A stretch of 37,350 bases of DNA, taken from the NCBI GenBank assembly GCA_035515335.1, contig DATJBN010000253.1:1-37350 (forward strand). Direction: 5' to 3'. The notes under the pieces were generated by a model. The model did no database searches and had not been told where the DNA came from. It was given only the letters and a program-made list of their open reading frames with translations. Of the stretch, positions 1-8,277 are shown piece after piece; within the stretch, counting starts at the first letter, position 1, and every line of letters starts with the position of its first letter. Position numbers and translations under genes: made by a program. The stretch is from Syntrophales bacterium. GTDB lineage: Bacteria > Desulfobacterota > Syntrophia > Syntrophales > UBA2185.

Positions 1-680
1 TGCTCGCGCATCCGGCTCATTTCCTCTTCCGTCAACTTCCCGGGCTTGTTGATGATGGATGCATCCACCTCCACCTTGCCCAGATCATGAAGGAAGAACC
101 CGGCGCCCAGCTCGTGCATGTTGTGGGCCGTTGATTTCTTAAACAGGACCTTGGAAAGCGAAACTGCCAGAAAGCCGACGTTGACCGAGTGGGTATAGGT
201 GCAGAAATCATGGGATGTTATGTCAAGGAGATACCGTGACGTCTCATCATCCGTAAGGATAAGATCGACGACCTCCGCTACACCCTTCTTGACATCCCGG
301 ATGTTCTCCGCCGTTGGATTTTCAAGCAGGTTGCTTATCATGGTGATCGAATGGGCCCTTACCGCCTTGGCCTTTTCCTGGGGCGGTAGTTTTACGTCAT
401 GGATTGCATCGCGGAGTCCGTCGGGTACAACGGTTCTCGATATGGCGGGGGCTGGACCAGATTCTTCGGTTCGGGCGGGTGGAGCCTCCTGATCACCATT
501 GACGTTGCTTCTCTTGGTGTCGAGGATGACTTCGGCCATGCCGCTCTCGTGTATCTTCTGTATCTGATCCCTCGTTTTAATGAGAAACTCATTTTTCACG
601 AAGGGATGCTGATACCACGGCACGGTCAGTATTACATACATGCCTACTTTCAGGTTGTCTGCGTTGATCCTTTTTTGCAT
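1..680 (-). CDS. HD-GYP domain cyclic-dinucleotide phosphodiesterase with a DUF3391-like N-terminal domain. Partial: the 3' end runs off the window.
   Basis: Manual minus-strand translation from ATG (complement of 678-680) gives MQKRINADNLKVGMYVILTVPWYQHPFVKNEFLIKTRDQIQKI..., which resembles the DUF3391 N-terminus. The frame stays open to position 1 and ends in ...HELGAGFFLHDLGKVEVDASIINKPGKLTEEEMSRMRE, the HD ... (I/L)LNKPGKLT signature of HD-GYP enzymes. It is absent from the ORF track because it has no stop in the window. Confidence 0.75.
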   Translation of the reverse strand, partial: MQKRINADNLKVGMYVILTVPWYQHPFVKNEFLIKTRDQIQKIHESGMAEVILDTKRSNVNGDQEAPPARTEESGPAPAISRTVVPDGLRDAIHDVKLPPQEKAKAVRAHSITMISNLLENPTAENIRDVKKGVAEVVDLILTDDETSRYLLDITSHDFCTYTHSVNVGFLAVSLSKVLFKKSTAHNMHELGAGFFLHDLGKVEVDASIINKPGKLTEEEMSRMRE

Positions 681-754
681 AGCCTGCCGGATACATCGGT
701 TTTGAAAACAGGAATATGGAGTTTCTCAACTATCTTATCGGCAGGTCTGCAAAT

Positions 755-1288
755 TTACCTGAGCATTTTTTCCCTCTTCTCCAGTTGCACCTCCAGGCTT
801 TTCAATAGCTGAATGTCCTTCTTGAGTTGTTCCGATTCCTGGAGCAGCTTGGCCGTTTCTTCAAGCAGTTTTCGGTTCTCTTTCCTCAACTGCTCATTAT
901 CTTTTATGAGTTTCGCCTTGTCCTCCTTGAGGCTCTCGATAACCTGCACATCCGTGCGCGACTGCTCCTCAAACAATTGCTCCGTTTCTATAAGGCGGAT
1001 GAATGTCTCGGATAGGCCACGCCACTTGCTCTTGGGATACTTCGTAAGCACCTCGCCAAAGGCGGCTTTCGCTTTGTCGTACTCGGCCGTCCTGTCCTTA
1101 TCCCCGAGATAATAAACGCCCTGATAAAAGACATCCACATCCGACGGCCCTCTGTTGAACCAGCCCTTCTCTCCCGTCTTGGGCGGCGTCGCGGGCGGAG
1201 AGGGGAGAGATGAGCAAGCGGTCACCATGACTATAATCAGGCATGCCAGATATCTATGATACCTTTTCAACATTTTCCTGTCTGACAT
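755..1288 (-). CDS. Lipoprotein with a short TPR/YbgF-like segment and a long C-terminal coiled coil
   Basis: ORF 755..1315. The preferred start is ATG at 1288, with GGGGAG 5 nt upstream. The signal peptide MSDRKMLKRYHRYLACLIIVMVTAC carries a lipobox-like VTAC. The C-terminal heptad-rich stretch reads LKEDKAKLIKDNEQLRKENRKLLEETAKLLQESEQLKKDIQLLKSLEVQLEKREK. The start overlaps the 3' end of the upstream sensor gene, which suggests an operon. Confidence 0.6.
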   Translation of the reverse strand: MSDRKMLKRYHRYLACLIIVMVTACSSLPSPPATPPKTGEKGWFNRGPSDVDVFYQGVYYLGDKDRTAEYDKAKAAFGEVLTKYPKSKWRGLSETFIRLIETEQLFEEQSRTDVQVIESLKEDKAKLIKDNEQLRKENRKLLEETAKLLQESEQLKKDIQLLKSLEVQLEKREKMLR

Positions 1289-2678
1289 AATTGCTCCCCG
1301 GCAGTGTCTTCGCATATTCCTTCAGCTCCGCGGCCCTCTTTGCCATGTCCAGCGGCCCCTGAAATTTGGACCCGTCATCCGTCACCACGGCTATGGTCAT
1401 GGTAACGAGGGGGAAGCTTTGCTGCACCCCCTGTCTGTCTTTACCGACTATAAATCCCTTTTGCCTGTCTTTCTCGCTGTAGAACTTCACGCTGCGTCGA
1501 TCGAACTCTTCCACTATCTTCCTGCACACCTTATCTGAACGTTCAGGCTCTGTGATGATGATGAAATCATCGCCTCCGACATGGCCGGCAAAATCCCCGT
1601 CGCCTTCCGTAATGTGAACGTTCTCGGTTATAATCTGTGCCACTTCTTTGATGACCTCACTGCCCCATGCATAACCGTACTTGTCCGCAAAGGGCTTGAA
1701 GTTATCAAGATCGACGTGGCAGAGAGAAAACTGCTTCTTTTCCGAAAGCCTTTTTTGAATCTCCGTCTCGATAGCTATATTGCCGGGGAGACCCGTCAAC
1801 GGGCTCGCATCAAGGAGAAGCCCCTCCAGTATCTTGAGGCGCTCCGTCATAAAGCTGAAGGCATCTGCCAGGCTTCCTATCTCATCATGCCGGCTGATCT
1901 CAAGATTGTACTCAAACTTCCCCTCGGCGATATGTTCCGTTGCCTTTTTTAGCTCCTTCAGAGGCCTTGAGATATTATAGGTGATAAGCAGCGCGAGCGA
2001 AAGGCCGACGAAGAGGCCGATTGCGCTTAAGGCCATGGTCATCCTCGATGCCGTCAAGCCCTGTGCCTTGATGAGGTTCATCCTGGCGTCGATATTAGTT
2101 TCCGCCTTTGTCCTCATCTCACGGAGCGCCGTCGCCATGTCTTCAATCGCCTTCCGGCTCTCCGTCTCGGAAATCTTCGTGGCATCATCCACATGATTGC
2201 CGTTAACTAAAGTGACTGTCTGATTGAAAAGGTCATCGTAGCGGCTATGAAGCGTCGACACCTGCGAGAGCGTCTTTGAAATCCCCGGGACATTATTCTT
2301 CTTGAGATTGTCGAGACTGTCTTTGAATTCACCGCTTCGCGACCAGAAAATCTCCGCAATCGAAGGGTCCTTGAAAATCAAGTATCTCTTCTCCGCGCTT
2401 TCCTGGGCGAGGAGGGCATCCGTCATTTTCTTGCTTGTATCAACAACAAAGAAATCCTCGTCGATGATTGCGTATGCCAATTCATTGAGATTATGTAGGC
2501 TCACTATGGCATATGTGCTTGCCAGTATGGCAAGCAGAGCCATCGCCAGGTAGCTTGCCAGCAATTTTCCGCTGATTGTAAATTTCACTGTTCCTGCCGT
2601 CGTTGCTATTGTCGCGCACCTTGCAAGAGACAAGTACCACATCCTGCGTGTTTCCGCAAAGCAGAAAATCTGTTCCAT
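1254..2678 (-). CDS. Membrane sensor: helical periplasmic domain, HAMP, and an atypical GGDEF-family nucleotide cyclase domain (GGDDF motif)
   Basis: 474-aa ORF with two hydrophobic segments (about aa 38-60 and 213-235). HAMP: ISRPLKELKKATEHIAEGKFEYNLEISRHDEIGSLADAFSFMTERL. GGDEF-type core: LTGLPGN ... VDLDNFKPFADKYGYAWGSEVIK ... GHVGGDDFIIIT, with GGDDF encoded at 1563-1577. The start codon is uncertain (M1 at 2678 or M13 at 2642). Confidence 0.8.
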   Translation of the reverse strand: MEQIFCFAETRRMWYLSLARCATIATTAGTVKFTISGKLLASYLAMALLAILASTYAIVSLHNLNELAYAIIDEDFFVVDTSKKMTDALLAQESAEKRYLIFKDPSIAEIFWSRSGEFKDSLDNLKKNNVPGISKTLSQVSTLHSRYDDLFNQTVTLVNGNHVDDATKISETESRKAIEDMATALREMRTKAETNIDARMNLIKAQGLTASRMTMALSAIGLFVGLSLALLITYNISRPLKELKKATEHIAEGKFEYNLEISRHDEIGSLADAFSFMTERLKILEGLLLDASPLTGLPGNIAIETEIQKRLSEKKQFSLCHVDLDNFKPFADKYGYAWGSEVIKEVAQIITENVHITEGDGDFAGHVGGDDFIIITEPERSDKVCRKIVEEFDRRSVKFYSEKDRQKGFIVGKDRQGVQQSFPLVTMTIAVVTDDGSKFQGPLDMAKRAAELKEYAKTLPGSNYVRQENVEKVS

Positions 2679-2756
2679 ATCTAATGTTTATTGCCCGCTG
2701 CATCAACTTTTGGTATATTGGATAAAACTATCAGATCAAAGTGGAGGTCTGCCCGG

Positions 2757-4064
2757 ATGATATACAATGAAGACTTCGAGACCCTGCCGCGGGAGGTCCT
2801 GGAAACCCTGCAGTTGAGGAGGTTGCAGCAGGTTGTCCAGCGCGTTTATCATACTGTCGGATTCTACAAGAAGCCCTTTGATAAGGCTTGCGTACAGCCG
2901 GATGATATCAAGACCCTATCCGATATCAAGCGACTGCCTTTCACCACAAAGGAGGACCTGAGAGATAACTATCCCTTCGGACTGTTTGCGGCACCGATGA
3001 GCAGCATCGTGAGGCTCCATGCCTCTTCCGGGACTACCGGCAGGGCCATTGTCGTGGGATACACGAAGAGGGACATCGATACATGGTCCGAGCTGATGGC
3101 GAGATGCTTCGTTGCCGCAGGCCTGACCAAGAACGACATCGTCCATAACGCATACGGATACGGCCTTTTCACCGGCGGCCTCGGCGCCCATTACGGCGCC
3201 GAGAAGCTGGGCGCGAGCGTTATACCGATGTCCGGCGGGAATACGAAAAGACAGCTCATGATCCTTCAGGACTTCGGCCCCACTGCGCTCTGCTGCACAC
3301 CTTCATATGCATTGAACCTTGCTGAACGCGGGGCGGCAATGGGCATCGACATGCGGGCCCTGAAACTGCGCGTAGGGATCTTCGGCGCCGAGCCGTGGAC
3401 TGAACAGATGAGGGACGAGATAGAAGATAAATTGAATCTTTCCGCCCTTGACATCTACGGGCTCTCGGAAATTATGGGCCCCGGTGTTTCCATGGAGTGC
3501 ATGGAAGGCCGCAACGGTATGCATATCTTTGAGGATCACTTCATCGTGGAGGTGATCCATCCAGAGACAGGTGAGACCCTCCCTTACGGAGAAGAGGGAG
3601 AGCTCGTTTTCACCACGATCACGAAGGAGGCATTCCCCCTGATTCGCTATCGCACCAGAGACATATCCCGTCTGATTGCCGAACCCTGCCGCTGCGGCAG
3701 GAGCCACATCAGGATGGACCGGGTCACAGGCAGGAGCGACGATATGCTTATCATCAGGGGCGTCAATGTCTTTCCATCACAGATTGAGGCCGTTCTCATG
3801 GGTGTGGAAGGGGTCTCGCCCCATTATCAGCTCATTGTAGACAAGGCGGGAACCATGGATACCCTGGAGGTACAGGTTGAGGTAAGCGAGCGGGCCTTTG
3901 CAGACGCAGACGAGGTGCGTTATCTCCAGCGCCTGGAAAAGACCCTGAGCAAAGACTTGAGGGACTATCTCGGCGTGACGGCCAAGGTGAAACTGGTGGA
4001 ACCCAAGTCCCTGCAGCGATCCGAAGGCAAGGCCAGCCGCGTCGTTGACAAGCGAAAGAGGTAG
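2757..4064 (+). CDS. paaK: Phenylacetate-CoA ligase family adenylate-forming enzyme
   Basis: [32 protein letters not shown]...FYKKPFD...[22 protein letters not shown]...[24 protein letters not shown] is the typical PaaK-family N-terminus and AMP-binding motif. ATG at 2757 is preceded by GGAGG. The longer track ORF (2691) is an upstream extension. Confidence 0.85.
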   Translation: MIYNEDFETLPREVLETLQLRRLQQVVQRVYHTVGFYKKPFDKACVQPDDIKTLSDIKRLPFTTKEDLRDNYPFGLFAAPMSSIVRLHASSGTTGRAIVVGYTKRDIDTWSELMARCFVAAGLTKNDIVHNAYGYGLFTGGLGAHYGAEKLGASVIPMSGGNTKRQLMILQDFGPTALCCTPSYALNLAERGAAMGIDMRALKLRVGIFGAEPWTEQMRDEIEDKLNLSALDIYGLSEIMGPGVSMECMEGRNGMHIFEDHFIVEVIHPETGETLPYGEEGELVFTTITKEAFPLIRYRTRDISRLIAEPCRCGRSHIRMDRVTGRSDDMLIIRGVNVFPSQIEAVLMGVEGVSPHYQLIVDKAGTMDTLEVQVEVSERAFADADEVRYLQRLEKTLSKDLRDYLGVTAKVKLVEPKSLQRSEGKASRVVDKRKR

Positions 4065-4107
4065 GCAGTTCCCACATATCTTTCCCCACATTCAGCGAGG
4101 AGGACAT

Positions 4108-4539
4108 ATGAAGGTAGAACAGATATCCATATTTCTCGAGAACAAACCGGGAGCACTCGAAAGCGTGACAAGGATACTGAAGGATGAGGGCATCAATATC
4201 AGGAGCTTGTCTCTTGCAGATACGTCCGACTTCGGAATCCTCAGGCTTATTGTCAACGATGCAAACAAGGCCCTTAGGGTGCTCAACGAAAACGGCCTCC
4301 GGGTGAGCCGCACAAGCGTCGTGGCCGTCGAGGTCCCCGACCGGCCGGGCGGCCTTCACAGCATCCTCGCAGTGCTCGCGGAGAATGGAATCAACGTGGA
4401 ATATCTTTACGCCTTCATAGAGAAGAGTGGCGAGAACGCCGTCATCATTTTCCGGTTCGATTCTCCGGATGACGCCATCGCCGCACTTCAGAAGAGCGGC
4501 TTCGCCGTCCTGCCCGGCGAGAAACTGTATTCGTTTTAG
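4108..4539 (+). CDS. ACT-domain protein (tandem ACT), the usual small partner gene of PaaK-like ligases
   Basis: [49 protein letters not shown]... and a second repeat, [36 protein letters not shown] at 4108 follows GAGGAGG. Confidence 0.8.
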   Translation: MKVEQISIFLENKPGALESVTRILKDEGINIRSLSLADTSDFGILRLIVNDANKALRVLNENGLRVSRTSVVAVEVPDRPGGLHSILAVLAENGINVEYLYAFIEKSGENAVIIFRFDSPDDAIAALQKSGFAVLPGEKLYSF

Positions 4540-4614
4540 GTATTGCTATTCACAAGACTTTATCCTGTTCATTGAGGCAACGATGACTTTTCCCATACTG
4601 AAGGAGGTAGCCCC

Positions 4615-5316
4615 GTGAAGACGCAGACTCGCACATTAGACCAGTTGGTAGATGAGCAATTGAAGAAATGGGAGACAGCCGGCGCCGATCGTAAGGCCGT
4701 TAGGGCGAAGCCGGGTCCAGTGATAACCATTTCCCGGGAGGCAGGGAGCGCAGGGAGCGAAATAGCGAGAAAGCTCGCCGATAAACTGAAAATGGACCTG
4801 GTCGGCGCCCAGATCATACAGAAGATAGCGGAAAGCGCAAAGATGAGCGCAAAGGTCGTCGAATCCCTCGATGAAAAGGCACTCACAAGAAGGGACGACT
4901 GGCTGACCTCTCTGTTTGAAACGCGCCACCTGTGGGCGGACGATTACCTCCGCCATCTGACGAAGGTAATCGGCACGTTTGGAGAGCAGGGTAATATGGT
5001 TATAGTGGGCAGAGGCGCTCATTATATACTGCCTCCTGAAAACACATTCAGCCTGCGTTTCGTCGCGCCCATGCATGAGAAGATCGCAAATGTGATGCGC
5101 TATGCCGGCTGCTCCAAGGAAGATGCAAAGAAATATGTCATCAAGACGGATTCGGATCGTTTTGCATATCTCCGCAAGTACTTCCATGCCGATTCGACAG
5201 ACCCTTCGCACTACGATATGATCATCAACATGGGGAAAGTAGATATCGACGGTGCTGTCGAATCTGTCGCCGCCGCCTTCATTCCCTGGAGGAAGAAGCG
5301 CGGGTCGTCACCTTAA
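4615..5316 (+). CDS. Cytidylate-kinase-like family (P-loop-like) protein of unknown role
   Basis: GPVITISREAGSAGSEIARKLADKLKMDLV ... IVGRGAHYIL ... THYDMIIN pattern, characteristic of the cytidylate kinase-like 2 family. GTG start at 4615 with GGAGG 7 nt upstream. Confidence 0.6.
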   Translation: MKTQTRTLDQLVDEQLKKWETAGADRKAVRAKPGPVITISREAGSAGSEIARKLADKLKMDLVGAQIIQKIAESAKMSAKVVESLDEKALTRRDDWLTSLFETRHLWADDYLRHLTKVIGTFGEQGNMVIVGRGAHYILPPENTFSLRFVAPMHEKIANVMRYAGCSKEDAKKYVIKTDSDRFAYLRKYFHADSTDPSHYDMIINMGKVDIDGAVESVAAAFIPWRKKRGSSP

Positions 5317-5492
5317 TGGAATGGTCTGCGGTCACTGCGTCCTCCCTTAAAAAGAGTGCACCGGCGTAACTGCAACGGAGATTGACGATACGTCGCCCGG
5401 ACAAGGACTACTCTGTCTTTCGTTGTTCGCTCGTATGCAGGTCGCGGATGATTGTGCCGGTGCCTGAGGAAACAGGAAGGTGTTGTAGGTTA

Positions 5493-6347
5493 ATGAATAA
5501 GATCGGCATTGCGCTCGGCGCAGGCGGCGCCAAGGGACTGGCGCACGTGATGATGCTCGATGTGCTCGACGAGCTCGGTCTCAGACCGTCCTATGTGACA
5601 GGAACGAGTACCGGCGCCGTTGTCGGCGTCCTCTATTGCTCGGGACTCACGGCGAGGGACATCAGGCAGATTATCAGCAATATAAGCATCGGCGCAAACG
5701 ATACGCTGAAGGACGTTGTCACTAAGAAGGATGTGTTCAAGTGGCTGAACTTCATGGCCCCGCAATTCGAGGGCCATGGCCTTCTGAAGGCGGAGAGGTT
5801 TATAAACTATCTCTTTGAATCCATCAAGGCGAGGAGCTTCGAGGAACTCGTGATTCCCCTGCGTGTCGTCGCGTCGGACTTCTGGACCCGCGAGCAGGTT
5901 GTCCTCGACTCCGGTGAACTCGCACCTGCAATACAGGCAAGCATGTCGCTGCCCGGTGTTTTCACACCCGTTACCATGGGGGAGAATGTTCTCATCGACG
6001 GCGGGGCGGTAAATCCCGTACCCTTCGACCTGCTGCCGAAGGAATGCGATCTCACCATCGCCCTGGATGTGATCGGACGCCGCGAGGCAGGACCGGACCG
6101 CATGCCTTCCCTCCAGGAGGCGATCTTCAACACCTTCCAGATCATGGAGAGGAGCATCGTGAGAGAGAAATTACGCAACTCATCGCCGGACATCTATGTT
6201 GAGATTGAAATTTCAAACATCCGTGCGCTGGAATTCTACAAGGCCGACCAGGTATTCAAACAGACTCAAACTGCAAAAACACGCCTCAAGCGCGAATTGG
6301 AGAAGCGAATCAAACTGCACAAGCGTTCAGCGACGATCACCCCTTGA
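5493..6347 (+). CDS. Patatin-like phospholipase (RssA-like)
   Basis: MNKIGIALGAGGAKGLAHVMMLDVLDELG (GxGxxG oxyanion motif), GTSTG (GxSxG nucleophile) and LIDGGAVNPVPFD (catalytic DGG Asp). ATG at 5493. The track ORF from 5382 adds an implausible Cys/Arg-rich extension. Confidence 0.85.
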   Translation: MNKIGIALGAGGAKGLAHVMMLDVLDELGLRPSYVTGTSTGAVVGVLYCSGLTARDIRQIISNISIGANDTLKDVVTKKDVFKWLNFMAPQFEGHGLLKAERFINYLFESIKARSFEELVIPLRVVASDFWTREQVVLDSGELAPAIQASMSLPGVFTPVTMGENVLIDGGAVNPVPFDLLPKECDLTIALDVIGRREAGPDRMPSLQEAIFNTFQIMERSIVREKLRNSSPDIYVEIEISNIRALEFYKADQVFKQTQTAKTRLKRELEKRIKLHKRSATITP

Positions 6348-7773
6348 TGCAGCCCAGTGCCCGGAGCCTTGCCACCTTCTTTGATATGCCTGCTTTGTGT
6401 ACGACATCCACGATCTGGTCGAGGTCTTTGTAGGCCTCCGGTATCTCCTCGTTTAGTGTCCCTCTGCCTGTCGCCATCACGATGATGCCCTTGGCCGCAA
6501 GCTCCCTCTCTATAGCCCTTCCCCGGCTCGCCTTCTTCGCCTGTGTACGGCTCATGACGCGCCCCGCGCCGTGGCACGTGCTTCCGAAGGTTTCGGCAAA
6601 TGCCTTCTCAGTCCCTGCAAGCACGTAGGAGCCTGTCCCCATGTCGCCCGGTATCAGCACCGGCTGGCCCGTCTTGCTGTATTGCGGAGGAAGGGCAGGG
6701 TGACCGGGGGGAAAGGCCCTGGTCGCGCCTTTCCTGTGCACGCACAGTTTCACTTCCTTGCCATCAACGACAAACGTCTCGATCTTGGCGATATTGTGAC
6801 AGACGTCGTAGAGCAATCTCATCCCCAGGTCGCGCGGCCCCTTCTTCAGCGCATGCTCGAAGGTCTCCCGTGTCCAGTGCAGCATCATCTGACGGTTCGC
6901 CCATGCATAATTTGCGGCGCAGGCCATCGCCGCAAGATATTCTTTCCCCCGGGGTGTACTGATATACGCGCAGGCAAGCTGTCTGTCGGGAAGAGGTATC
7001 TCGATTTCGCCAAGGTGTTTGACCATGCGCGCGAGATAATCGTCGCACACCTGATAACCCAGCCCGCGTGAGCCGCTGTGGATGAGAACGCATATCTGAT
7101 CTTCGTGAAGACCGAAGGCCGCGGCAGCATCCTTGTCGAAGACTTCCTCAACGACCTCGATCTCCAGAAAATGATTCCCGGAGCCGAGCGTGCCCAATTG
7201 CTCCCTTCCTCGCTCTATGGCCCTTGCGCTCACCATCTCCGGGTCGGCGCCCTTTATCCTACCGCCGTCTTCCGTCGCATCGATGTCCTCATGCATGCCG
7301 TAGCCCCGCTCAACCGCCCATTTCGCCCCTTCTGTGAGGACCTTTTTCTCTTCATTCGCGGAAAGCTTGAGGTCGCTCTTTGAACCGACACCGGTGGGGA
7401 TATTGTGATAGAGGGCGACGATCAAATCTTTGAGGTGATCCTTGATCTCTTCATTTATTAGATTCGTCGTGACTAGCCTGCATCCGCAGTTGATGTCATA
7501 GCCGACGCCGCCCGGAGAGATCACGCCGTCGTCGAGGCCGAAGGCGGCAACTCCGCCGATGGGAAAACCGTAACCCCAGTGCATATCCGGCATGGCGAGC
7601 GAATACTTCACGATCCCCGGGAGGTGCGCGACATTCGCCACTTGCTTGGGGCTCTCGTCAGAACCCATCTCCCTGATGAGGCGCGCATTCGAATAGATGA
7701 TACCGGGAACCCTCATGTTTCCCGTCTGAGGAATCATCCACCGGTTCTCATCAATCTTCTTTAGTTCAGTCAT
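6337..7773 (-). CDS. rtcB: RNA 3'-phosphate ligase RtcB
   Basis: HWGYGFPIGGVAAF, GYDINCGCR, GSGNHFLEIE, HSGSRGLG, HRKGATRAFP, PGDMGTGSYVL and CHGAGR motifs are all present. The start is taken at ATG 7773 (MTELKKIDENRWMIP...); GTG at 7785 is an alternative. The 3' end overlaps the convergent patatin gene by 11 nt. Confidence 0.95.
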   Translation of the reverse strand: MTELKKIDENRWMIPQTGNMRVPGIIYSNARLIREMGSDESPKQVANVAHLPGIVKYSLAMPDMHWGYGFPIGGVAAFGLDDGVISPGGVGYDINCGCRLVTTNLINEEIKDHLKDLIVALYHNIPTGVGSKSDLKLSANEEKKVLTEGAKWAVERGYGMHEDIDATEDGGRIKGADPEMVSARAIERGREQLGTLGSGNHFLEIEVVEEVFDKDAAAAFGLHEDQICVLIHSGSRGLGYQVCDDYLARMVKHLGEIEIPLPDRQLACAYISTPRGKEYLAAMACAANYAWANRQMMLHWTRETFEHALKKGPRDLGMRLLYDVCHNIAKIETFVVDGKEVKLCVHRKGATRAFPPGHPALPPQYSKTGQPVLIPGDMGTGSYVLAGTEKAFAETFGSTCHGAGRVMSRTQAKKASRGRAIERELAAKGIIVMATGRGTLNEEIPEAYKDLDQIVDVVHKAGISKKVARLRALGCIKG

Positions 7774-7791
7774 ATGAATACTCACAATAAA

Positions 7792-8208
7792 TCAGACGTC
7801 GAAGATCACCCTTCCCTGCCACATGCCATGCTCTTCTTTGACTTCCGCCTGATGATACGTGACCGCTTTTATCTCCGTGTTTATCCTGTGCCTCGCCGGG
7901 TCAAAGGGCTCTCCAGATACTCTGCCTTCAAGATGCCGCTCGTCGATTTTGTCTATCAGGAATTCTTTGAGAAGAAGCCCCTCGCCGTTGTAGAGATAGA
8001 GAATCTCCCTGAGATAGTTTATGAGAAGGTCTTCCCAGCCGTCGCCATCCACAGCGATCTTTTTTTCGACGGCAGGGTTTATATGCTTAAGGTCGGTGAG
8101 GATGTCGAAGACGGCGAAAGCGGCATTCGCAAATAATTCCTTCGGTGTCTTGCCTAATGCCTCAACGCCAATGTCTGCTGTATGATCAAACTGTTTGTAT
8201 CTATGCAT
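7792..8208 (-). CDS. Archease (RtcB activator/chaperone)
   Basis: 138 aa beginning MHRYKQFDHTADIGVEALGKTPKELFANAAFAVFDIL and ending ...IKAVTYHQAEVKEEHGMWQGRVIFDV, the canonical archease N- and C-terminal signatures. It lies 18 nt upstream of rtcB. Confidence 0.85.
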   Translation of the reverse strand: MHRYKQFDHTADIGVEALGKTPKELFANAAFAVFDILTDLKHINPAVEKKIAVDGDGWEDLLINYLREILYLYNGEGLLLKEFLIDKIDERHLEGRVSGEPFDPARHRINTEIKAVTYHQAEVKEEHGMWQGRVIFDV

Positions 8209-8277
8209 CTCGCTGCGCGGCGGGAATGTGTATCTCTTCTGCAGCCTGCCGTGCCCGCATCCTGCGGCATGTAAGAA

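Noticed and set aside
3832-4359. 175-aa minus-strand ORF spanning the paaK/ACT junction
   Set aside because: It overlaps two well-supported plus-strand genes. The product is Pro/Arg-rich with no domain.
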